64,000 nucleotides of DNA, taken from contig JBCCQY010000031.1 in assembly GCA_039208735.1 (NCBI GenBank), positions 1 to 64,000 of the forward strand, written 5' to 3'. The translations under genes were made by a program, and so were the position numbers. The notes under the pieces are model-generated. The model searched no databases, was not told the DNA's origin, and saw nothing but the letters and a program-made list of their open reading frames with translations. Source of the DNA: Myxococcota bacterium (GTDB taxonomy: Bacteria; Myxococcota_A; UBA796; GCA-2862545). Positions 8,039-16,186 of the stretch are shown piece by piece; the first letter of the stretch is position 1; each line of letters begins with the position of its first letter.

Positions 8039-9804
8039 TGGGGGTTCGCGTCCGTGTGTTGGACCCGCTCACGCGGAAGGTCCTGGCCATTCGGGAGTAC
8101 CTCGAGCCTCAGGGCATCGTGCACTTCGGCATCGACCGCACCACGTCATGCTACCCCATCCCCGCCCAGTGTCGGCGTGACGATGTACGTTACCGCCACT
8201 GCACCCTCTACTATGCGGGGGGCACGTTCCGCCTGGACTTCGACCGGGGAGTGAACGTGTTCGTGGACGGCCGAACGGTCGCGGCACGCCAGCTCGCCAA
8301 CCCGTTCGCCAGCCGTGACCGCATCACGCTCCGCCTGGGACAACCCGGGCTCGCCCCCGATAGTCGCAACCCCATTTTCGAGCTGGAACGCCTCGACCCC
8401 GATGCTTTGTCTCGCCGGCGTCGCGGTCCCCTTCGCCGAAGGCGCGTGACCCTCGACACCATCGATCGCGTGGCCCGCACGGAAACCACCGTGTACACCA
8501 TTTTGCCCTGGCTCGTCACCGGGCTCGCCGCGGTGGCCCTGCTCACCATCGGCACCGCCCTGCGGGCGGCCCAGACGCCCGCCACCTGCCCCTCGTCTGT
8601 GCGCACCGAGGCGACGTCGGCGGTCGGCCTCATCGGCGTGGTCGACGACGAAGGCCGATTCACGGGCCACGGCACCGGGTGGCTATGTTGCGGACCTAAT
8701 CCGGACCGGCTGGTCACCAACGCCCACGTCGTCGCCCAGGTGCAACGTCGCTTGTCCGAGGGAGGACGAGCGGAGGTTCGATTCGGGGGCGACGCGGCGG
8801 CCAACCCCACGGTCGCCCTCCGTACGCTCGACGAAACGGGTCAGCACCCTGACTACTACGCGTTCAGTGATTGGCAGGAGGCAACGACCGGCGGTTCGGG
8901 GCAGCGCGGGTTTCCCAATGTCTACGATGTGCACGTCATTCGGTTGGACCAAACCATAGACCGACCCGGCCTTCGCTTGGGCCGCCCCCCTCCGGTCGGG
9001 ACCGGTACCTTGACCATCGGCCATCCTTTGGACCCAGCCAACCCCGCGCTTCCGCGCACTCCAATCGCATTCCCAGGTTCGATCCTGCGGAGCGCGTCGC
9101 CCTTTTTCGGGAGCGCCCAGCAAAGCGCGTTGCCGAGCCTGCTCACCGTGCGCGCGCAGTCGGCAGGCGGACTGTCGGGTAGCCCCGTGGTGCGATGCGA
9201 CACCGGGGAGGTCGGGGCCATGGTGTTCAGCGGATCGTTCGTGATGACGGGGACGGCCCTTGAAGCATCGTTGGGCCGCGACCGCCTGCCCACGAGCGAC
9301 CTCACGCAAGCCCTAGCCCTCGAAGGCGACCACACGACGTGGATCGAACAAGGGTCGCGGGTGGACCGTACCCCTCCGGAAGCGCAGTGGTCCCTCGAAT
9401 GGCAAGGCACCCAACGTCCCGATCCCCTACATGCGCTACGCCTTCTCGAAAGTGACCTTCGCACCTGTGGCACGTTCGAGTACCAAGTCACCCGAGCCAC
9501 CATAGCGGCCCCGTGGTGGTCGGCGCTTGGCGTACTAGTACCGGTGGGAGGGCGTCACCGACGCGGCGTGACCTTCGATGTCAGCCCCGGAGAGCGCGTC
9601 GCCATCTATGCGCGCAACCTCTCATCCGACCTCGGCGTCACGACGTTGCGGTTGGGCGAGGAGGTCGTGGACGGCATCGGCCATGCCGCCTGGCCCGCCC
9701 CCTTCCGTGCCACTGAGCCGTTGTCCGTCACCGTCGAGGTCCCGACCCGCGACGCCGTCCAGATCGTGGTCGGCCAGGCGAAATGCCCCGAGGAGCGCCC
9801 ATGA
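8038..9804 (+). CDS. FHA-like domain + TM helix + trypsin-like serine protease + C-terminal beta-sandwich-like region
   Basis: GTGW, VTNAHV (His), YDVHVIRL (Asp), GLSGSPV (Ser); TM ILPWLVTGLAAVALLTIG; N-terminal FGIDR..RH..NVFVDG; TGATG overlap with the upstream gene. Confidence 0.75.
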   Translation: MGVRVRVLDPLTRKVLAIREYLEPQGIVHFGIDRTTSCYPIPAQCRRDDVRYRHCTLYYAGGTFRLDFDRGVNVFVDGRTVAARQLANPFASRDRITLRLGQPGLAPDSRNPIFELERLDPDALSRRRRGPLRRRRVTLDTIDRVARTETTVYTILPWLVTGLAAVALLTIGTALRAAQTPATCPSSVRTEATSAVGLIGVVDDEGRFTGHGTGWLCCGPNPDRLVTNAHVVAQVQRRLSEGGRAEVRFGGDAAANPTVALRTLDETGQHPDYYAFSDWQEATTGGSGQRGFPNVYDVHVIRLDQTIDRPGLRLGRPPPVGTGTLTIGHPLDPANPALPRTPIAFPGSILRSASPFFGSAQQSALPSLLTVRAQSAGGLSGSPVVRCDTGEVGAMVFSGSFVMTGTALEASLGRDRLPTSDLTQALALEGDHTTWIEQGSRVDRTPPEAQWSLEWQGTQRPDPLHALRLLESDLRTCGTFEYQVTRATIAAPWWSALGVLVPVGGRHRRGVTFDVSPGERVAIYARNLSSDLGVTTLRLGEEVVDGIGHAAWPAPFRATEPLSVTVEVPTRDAVQIVVGQAKCPEERP

Positions 9805-11915
9805 GTCCGCCCACCGGAGCCCCTGCATCGTGGGAGGCCTATACCCGCGGCGCCCACGCCGACCCCGCGTACACCCCGCCCCGACGAAGCGCGGACGACG
9901 ACGTGGTGACGGTCCTGATCGCTGAAGATCGGGACGGGGCCAAGGCCGCGGAACGGCGGGCGTCCCTCCTCGGCGATGTCGACGATCTGGGGGTGAGCCG
10001 TTGGACCGCGGTCGAACGGGCCCATCGATCCGCAGGCTCCGCGGAGGACCGCATCGAGGCCCTAGAAGCGTTGGCCGCGATGCCTCCGGGAAACCAATGG
10101 TCTGGCATCTTCTCGGAGGGTCGACGACTGGGGCTCATGGCCGAGATCGAGGGGCGTCGGAACAACCGGTCCTCGAACCGGGTCAACGACTGGCTCGAAG
10201 AGGCCCGAACGTGCTTCGAGCCGCTCGACGATCGCTACGGCGACGGCTGGCTCGCCCTCGTTCGCGGGCGAGCGCTCGCATGGCAGGGCGACCTCGACAG
10301 TGCAAGCCAGTCCCTAACCTTGGCTTTGGTCCGGTTTGCGGTGCTCGGAAATCGCTTCCGCATCAGCGACACGATCTATGAACTGGCGGGAGCGTATCGA
10401 GACCTTCGCTACGACCTGGCCGCGGGACCTCTCCACGAGGTCGCCGAGCAAATCGCCTCGGACCTAGGCAACGCCTCACAGCTCGCACGGGCCCGTCGCG
10501 GGTTGGCCATCACCTTGCACCAACTAGCAGAACGCGCCGAAGAACGCATGGACGAGCCCGAAGAACGACGCCTCTTGCGCGCGGCTCGGTCGTGGGCCGA
10601 ACGGGCCTATACCGCGACGACCACGCTCGACGCGGCGGACGCCGATGCGCCCGACTCGTACCGCGCAACCATGGCGGCCCTCGATCTGTCGGCCATCGCC
10701 GAGGCCCAAAAGGACCCAAACGACGCGAAACGTTGGTTTGAAGTTGCGACCCGTGAGTCTGGACTCGACGCGTTGCGCCTGCAGGACCGCGGTGAGACGA
10801 TCTTTAATCAGCACGTCACCCCCGCCTTCGTGGGGCTCGAAGACCTGGACCTCGAAGCGGGAGCCGCCACCGCAAAGGCCCGCACGCGGTACTCGTACGT
10901 GCGTCTTGCCGAACGGGAACTCCACTTTCGGGAGCTTGTCCCTGACGTTCGTGACTCGGGGCAGGCCCAGGCTCTCATCGCCCGCCTGTGGCTCCTTCGC
11001 CAAGAGGACCCCAAAGCCATTGGCGCGTTGCTTGAAGCGGCGGCGGAAGCCGGCCAAGCCGCCGACGACGCCCAAGCCGCCGGCCATCCCGACGACGGCG
11101 CTGCGTTCCGCGCTCGACGCTGGCGCCACTTGGCCCAACGCCACGCCGAACGTCTGGGCGCTGACCTCACGGCTCCAGGGCTGGACCTAAGCCCGGTGGA
11201 TCTGACGCCTGCGGAGGCCGTGGCTCAGGACGAGGCGGGGCTCCTCGTCACCCACCTGCTCGACGACCAGCCCGGGTTCCGCACGTTCCGGGTGGTGAGT
11301 GTCGATGACCACCGGCCCGCCCACCTCACGGTGAGTGAATCTCCGGTTGACAAAGGGCTGCTCGCCGCCATCGCTCGACTGAGTCATGACCGCCCCGAAC
11401 TGCCGATTGTCCGCTCGTGGTCCGCCACACCGGATGGCTTTTGGCTGGTGGACGAAGAGGTCGTTGGCCAACCCCTGGCGCAGATTACCGCCGGAGCGGA
11501 CCCCGCGACCGCACGGTACGCCATCGCAGGGCTGTGCAGCACGATCGATGCGTTGCATCGGCTGGGCATCGTCAACGTCGTGGTCGACCCGTCTTCGGTC
11601 GTGGTAGGGCCGGGCGCCCAGACGGTGCTCGGCCGCTACGCGCCGGTTCGAACCCCCGTTCCCGACAAGGCGCTCTACCCCTCGGGCCTCCGAGGTGCGG
11701 CCGACGATGCAGCCGCCCTTGGCCTTTTGGTACTGCGTTGGGTGCTTGGCGAGCCGACGCTGGAACTTAAACAAGCTCGGCGCCGGCTACGTCGTGACCG
11801 GTTCTTGGCTCGAGGCGCCATCGGCAAGGTCAGCCTCGAGCTGGCCAACGCCCTCCGCGACGCCCTCGACGGGCGCCCCGAGGCCGTCGGTGAACTCGCG
11901 GACACCCTCTATTGA
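9801..11915 (+). CDS. TPR-like repeat protein with C-terminal degenerate protein-kinase-like domain
   Basis: Ala/Leu-rich helical repeats; C-terminal LVDEEVVGQPL..IDALHRLGIV matches kinase subdomains V-VIa, but HRD and DFG are missing; ATGA overlap with the upstream gene. Confidence 0.6.
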   Translation: MSPPTGAPASWEAYTRGAHADPAYTPPRRSADDDVVTVLIAEDRDGAKAAERRASLLGDVDDLGVSRWTAVERAHRSAGSAEDRIEALEALAAMPPGNQWSGIFSEGRRLGLMAEIEGRRNNRSSNRVNDWLEEARTCFEPLDDRYGDGWLALVRGRALAWQGDLDSASQSLTLALVRFAVLGNRFRISDTIYELAGAYRDLRYDLAAGPLHEVAEQIASDLGNASQLARARRGLAITLHQLAERAEERMDEPEERRLLRAARSWAERAYTATTTLDAADADAPDSYRATMAALDLSAIAEAQKDPNDAKRWFEVATRESGLDALRLQDRGETIFNQHVTPAFVGLEDLDLEAGAATAKARTRYSYVRLAERELHFRELVPDVRDSGQAQALIARLWLLRQEDPKAIGALLEAAAEAGQAADDAQAAGHPDDGAAFRARRWRHLAQRHAERLGADLTAPGLDLSPVDLTPAEAVAQDEAGLLVTHLLDDQPGFRTFRVVSVDDHRPAHLTVSESPVDKGLLAAIARLSHDRPELPIVRSWSATPDGFWLVDEEVVGQPLAQITAGADPATARYAIAGLCSTIDALHRLGIVNVVVDPSSVVVGPGAQTVLGRYAPVRTPVPDKALYPSGLRGAADDAAALGLLVLRWVLGEPTLELKQARRRLRRDRFLARGAIGKVSLELANALRDALDGRPEAVGELADTLY

Positions 11916-12829
11916 CGAACCGAGGCCTCCCACGTAGCAAGCTGGGCCCGCGTCACGGCCGCGCCTCCGCAGACCACGACCAAGGTCTCTCGCCCTTGCG
12001 TGGGGCCTCCTACGGCCGCTAGCGCGGCGCCGCACGACGGTTCCACCAGCATTCGGTGTTCATCGAGAAACCGCGCGCAGCCTGCCAACGCGTCGGCATC
12101 GGTACACGTCCAGGAGGTGATGGGGTGTCGATCGCGCCACGCCAATGCCTGGTCGCAGACCCGCTTGGCCCCCAACGTCAGGGCCACCGTATCGATGGCG
12201 TCGAGGGTGATGGGCGTTCCTGCGGCAACCGCACCGGCATACGAAGCCGCCCCCAGCGTTTCGACGGCGAGAACCTCGGACTTGGTCCATCCCACGTCCG
12301 CCAGGCCCTGAAGGACGCCACACAACAGCCCACCCCCGCCTACCGCGACGACGACCACCTCAGGAGGCTTGGCCAGGGCCGCTGCGCACTCATGGACCAG
12401 CGTGGCATGACCGCGCCACACGTCGGGATGGTCGAAGGGGTGGATGACGGGGGCCTCCGCCTCATCCGCGAGGACTAAGGCATGCGCATGCGCATCGTCC
12501 CAAACGTCGCCGTGAACAAGAACCGTGGCGCCCGTCCCGCGGATGAGGTCCTGCATGCGCGGGTCGGTCCGTTGTGGCACGACGACCGTGACCGGCACTC
12601 CAAGCGCGGCCCCTGCATAGGCCACGGCGTAGCCCGCGTTGCCTCCGGACGAGGAGAACAGGGCGCTCGCGCCGTCGGCGACCGCGGCTTGGGCGAGAGC
12701 CCCCATCCCGCGCAGCTTGAAGGAGCCTGTGGGCTGTAGATTTTCGCACTTCAGCCATACCGGAGCCCCGTTCCGGACCGTTCCGAGGGCTGATCGCAGC
12801 AGGGGAGTGCGGGCATGGAGGACCGTCAC
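11909..12829 (-). CDS. PLP-dependent serine/threonine dehydratase family enzyme
   Basis: LKCENLQPTGSFKLRG (PLP Lys), SSGGNAG, AVGGGGL, LVEPSCGA. Confidence 0.92.
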   Translation of the reverse strand: MTVLHARTPLLRSALGTVRNGAPVWLKCENLQPTGSFKLRGMGALAQAAVADGASALFSSSGGNAGYAVAYAGAALGVPVTVVVPQRTDPRMQDLIRGTGATVLVHGDVWDDAHAHALVLADEAEAPVIHPFDHPDVWRGHATLVHECAAALAKPPEVVVVAVGGGGLLCGVLQGLADVGWTKSEVLAVETLGAASYAGAVAAGTPITLDAIDTVALTLGAKRVCDQALAWRDRHPITSWTCTDADALAGCARFLDEHRMLVEPSCGAALAAVGGPTQGRETLVVVCGGAAVTRAQLATWEASVRQ

Positions 12830-13644
12830 TGGCTGCGAATCAGACGGTTGACGTACATGCGCAGCACGTTGCGGTACGAGACCGGCATCGCTTGGTAGAT
12901 GCGGGCAAGGAAATGGGCGTCCCGGCCAACCAAAATGCGCCGTTCGTTGCGCTGGATGCCCTTCACGATGATGTTGGCCGCCTGCTCGGGGGGAATTCCC
13001 TGATCAATTGCCTTTCGTGCCTGCTTCTGCGCAAACACCCCTCCGGCCCGGAACCGCCCATCGGAGACGATATTGGTCGCCACCGCTCCTGGGTGGATGG
13101 ACGAAAACCGTACGTTGCTCTCCCAGTGCTCTTGCTCAAGCGATTCGGTGAGCGAACGGACGGCGTGTTTCGACATGCAGTAGGCCGCGTTGTCGGGCAT
13201 GCTCACGATGCCAAAAATGCTGGAGACGTTGACAAGATGGGCTTCGTCTTGCTCGAGCAGATGAGGCAAAAACGTGTAGCAGCCGTACATCACGCCCCGA
13301 AGGTTCACGTCGAGCTGCCACTCTAAGTCCTCGACGGAACACTCGAGAAAAGGCCCTGTCAGGGCCACCCCGGCGTTGTTCATAAGTAGCTGCACCGAAC
13401 CGTGGGTCGCGATCACCTCGTCGAGGAAGCCGGGCCAGGCTCCACGCTTGGCCACGTCGAACCCATGGGCCGACGACTTACGCCCTAGTTCCTCAATCTC
13501 CGCGGCGACCGGCGTCACCTTCTCGACGTCGAGGTCCGTGACCACGACGTTCATGCCTCGACGTGCCAGTTCGAGGGCGGTGGCACGACCAATGCCCGAG
13601 CCCGCTCCCGTCACGACGGCGGTGCGATCCTGGAGTTTCTTCAC
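12826..13644 (-). CDS. SDR family oxidoreductase
   Basis: TGAGSGIG, NNAG, YCMSK; GTG start at 13644. Confidence 0.92.
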   Translation of the reverse strand: MKKLQDRTAVVTGAGSGIGRATALELARRGMNVVVTDLDVEKVTPVAAEIEELGRKSSAHGFDVAKRGAWPGFLDEVIATHGSVQLLMNNAGVALTGPFLECSVEDLEWQLDVNLRGVMYGCYTFLPHLLEQDEAHLVNVSSIFGIVSMPDNAAYCMSKHAVRSLTESLEQEHWESNVRFSSIHPGAVATNIVSDGRFRAGGVFAQKQARKAIDQGIPPEQAANIIVKGIQRNERRILVGRDAHFLARIYQAMPVSYRNVLRMYVNRLIRSQ

Positions 13645-13884
13645 ACCTGCTCCCTTGGATGAAGGAGTGTCGCATGCCACCCCTCCGCTGGCGAGACGGA
13701 GCTTACGGATCCCACCGTAGGTGGGCGACACGGCGGCGCGTTTCGTCTCGCAGGTTCATGACGCGCCCCATTTTGGCAACCCCAGCCTTTTACCTTGTCG
13801 GGAACGCACCGTTGCCTTCTCCAACGACATTGGGGGTCAGCCACCTCCTGTTGAACAGGATCCTCGAGCCGTCCTACAATGACG

Positions 13885-14550
13885 TCAGGGTAGGTCGAAC
13901 GCGCGCCCGGCGGCCCGGCCCTCGGCGAAGGCTCCTGGGTCGACCGAGATGGAGCGGCCCTTGCCGAGCCGCAACCGCTCGCGGACAAAGCGTTCAAGGG
14001 CGTCACGATGGGCCGCCATCGCAGCGTCGATCTGCACGAGCGCCCCTGGTTCAGCCGGCCGCACGTCGGAGCCCGCATCGCGCAGCCGCTCGATGATGGA
14101 CTCGACCGCCCCAATGCGAAACGCCTCGTGCCAGGCTTTCGATCGTTTTCCACCCTCGGTCGCTGACAACCACTCGATACGCTTCGTGAGCCAGCTCCAC
14201 AGCGCATGGACCGCGGCACGGTCTCGGGAGCGCCCGACGACAATGAGTCGTTCGCCGTCATCCGCCCGCAAGGTGTAGACGACGCAGCCATTCACGTCCG
14301 CCAGCCCCCCCGCGAGCACCCGCTTCCATTTCCGAAGGCGCCGAGCCACTTCGAGCGGCTCGTCTCGCGCATCCTCAATGGGATCCGGGTCTTCTTCAAC
14401 GGCTCGCTCGGCGGCCAAGTAGCCCTCGAGCCGATGCCGCTCGATGAGCCGTTGAGCCCGGGCAGCGGCCGCCGCCGCCTCGTGGACGTTGGGCGAGGTG
14501 GCGAGCGCCAGCAACTTGCGGACACGATCGAGGACGGCTTCGTCGGGCAT
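13885..14550 (-). CDS. DUF2786 domain protein
   Basis: VLDRVRKLLALATSPNVHEAAAAAARAQRLI N-terminus; F..GA and GRAAG C-terminal motifs. Confidence 0.85.
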   Translation of the reverse strand: MPDEAVLDRVRKLLALATSPNVHEAAAAAARAQRLIERHRLEGYLAAERAVEEDPDPIEDARDEPLEVARRLRKWKRVLAGGLADVNGCVVYTLRADDGERLIVVGRSRDRAAVHALWSWLTKRIEWLSATEGGKRSKAWHEAFRIGAVESIIERLRDAGSDVRPAEPGALVQIDAAMAAHRDALERFVRERLRLGKGRSISVDPGAFAEGRAAGRAFDLP

Positions 14551-14563
14551 GCCCGTGGTCTAT

Positions 14564-15460
14564 TCAGTCGTTGGAACCCACGCCGTTCGTCGGTACCCGC
14601 ACACTCTTGACCCCTGCCGCGGGAAGGGATTCGCCCACGGTGACCGCATTACGGACTTGGTCGTAAATCTCGCCCATTCCACTTGGGGAGTGCGGCATGA
14701 AAATCGTCCGAGTGTCCGATGCACCCGACATCGAGGAGAGCGTGTCGAAGTACTGCGTCATGAGCAGCAGCGACATGATGGTCTCGGCCGACATCGAGCC
14801 CATGTTCTCGCGCACGAGCTCGGCCGACTCCGACAATCCATCGGCAATGGCTTTCCGTTGTTTTGCAATCCCGATGCCCTGCAAGTGCTTGGACTCCGCT
14901 TCGGCCTCGGCTGCCTTGACGTGCCGAATCTTCTCGGCTTCCGCTTCCATCTCGGCCGCGACCTTGAGGCGCTCGGCCGCATTGATGCGGTTCATCGAAT
15001 CCTTGACCGCCTGGTCGGGGTCGATGTCAGTCACCAGAGCCTTGATGATCAGGTAGCCAAAGTCGTCCATAATGTCGGCCAGCTGCTCTTTCACGGCATG
15101 TGCGACATCGTCTTTCGCCTCGAACGTCTGATCCAGCGTGAGCATTGGCACCCGGGCCCGCACGACATCATAGACGTAGCTCTCGATCTGGCCTCGCGGA
15201 TTCGAGAGCTTGTAGTACGCATCGTAGGCGTTCTGGATTTGAAACTGCACCGCGACGGTCATTTGGACAAACACGTTGTCGCGCGTCTTCGTCTCGCACC
15301 TCACAACAAGTTCCTGAATGCGGAGGTCGAGGCGAGCCACGACCGAATCGACGAACGGGACCATGAAGTTGAGTCCCGCAGTCGCGACGAAGGAGTGTTT
15401 CCCAAACCGCTGAACAATCGCGACGCTTTGCTGTTGGACCGTGAAGATGGCCAAGAGCAC
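14564..15460 (-). CDS. SPFH/Band 7 domain protein
   Basis: IVQRFGK, ETKTRDNVFV, YVYDVVRARVP, ALVTDIDPD, AEAEAESK.LQG.GIA.QR; start may be the TTG at 15454. Confidence 0.92.
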   Translation of the reverse strand: MLLAIFTVQQQSVAIVQRFGKHSFVATAGLNFMVPFVDSVVARLDLRIQELVVRCETKTRDNVFVQMTVAVQFQIQNAYDAYYKLSNPRGQIESYVYDVVRARVPMLTLDQTFEAKDDVAHAVKEQLADIMDDFGYLIIKALVTDIDPDQAVKDSMNRINAAERLKVAAEMEAEAEKIRHVKAAEAEAESKHLQGIGIAKQRKAIADGLSESAELVRENMGSMSAETIMSLLLMTQYFDTLSSMSGASDTRTIFMPHSPSGMGEIYDQVRNAVTVGESLPAAGVKSVRVPTNGVGSND

Positions 15461-15565
15461 CCTCCCTGCTGGTGGTGCCTCAAGATACGCCAGCCAAGAG
15501 CCTCGTATTGCTCCACGCGATGGAATTTCCTCGACATGAACACTTGTTCACTATAGACAGGCGGC

Positions 15566-16186
15566 ATGAGCCAGCTGCTTCCCATGTTTGTCGAGTCCCT
15601 TCATCTTCGCCCGCTCCAACGCCTCGAACGCACCGTGGTGGGTCCTGGGTCCTGGATCGAACGGCGCCCAGGTTGGGTGGCCGGTGATGGCGAACTGTAT
15701 GCCACGCTGCTCAACACCACTGAATGGCATGCGGCTCGCCGCCGCATGTATGACCGCATCGTCGACGTGCCGCGCACCCTCGCCTCGCTGCCCGAAGATG
15801 GGCCTGGCCACCCGCTGGTCGATGAGATGTCCACCGTGCTCGCCACGCGCTACGGCCGCGATTTGTCACGGATATCGCTCGCCCACTACCGTGACGGTCG
15901 AGACTCGGTGGCCTTCCACGGGGACCGCTTAGGCCGGCACCGAATCAACAGCGTGGTGGCGGTGGTTAGCCTCGGTGGCCCTCGACGATTTCTGGTGCGA
16001 CCACGTGGCGGGGGCCGCTCCATCAGCTGGACGTTGGGGCCCGGCGACCTGATGGTGATGGGAGGCCGCATCCAGGCCGACTTTGAACATGCCGTCCCCA
16101 AGATGGCACGCGCGGCCCCTCGCATGGCGGTGATGTTTCGCTCCGCGGCGGTGGTTCCGCCCCGCACCGAAGCCCCCTTGGCTTAG
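15566..16186 (+). CDS. AlkB-family 2OG-Fe(II) dioxygenase
   Basis: YRDGRDSVAFHGD, SLGGPRRF, HAVPK, R...FR. Confidence 0.9.
   Translation: MSQLLPMFVESLHLRPLQRLERTVVGPGSWIERRPGWVAGDGELYATLLNTTEWHAARRRMYDRIVDVPRTLASLPEDGPGHPLVDEMSTVLATRYGRDLSRISLAHYRDGRDSVAFHGDRLGRHRINSVVAVVSLGGPRRFLVRPRGGGRSISWTLGPGDLMVMGGRIQADFEHAVPKMARAAPRMAVMFRSAAVVPPRTEAPLA

Noticed and set aside
13645..13884. 240-bp intergenic gap with short hairpins and an AGGAGG followed by short minus-strand ORFs (possible riboswitch or leader peptide)
   Set aside because: No recognisable riboswitch consensus, and the peptides look non-coding. An Rfam/Infernal scan would be needed.
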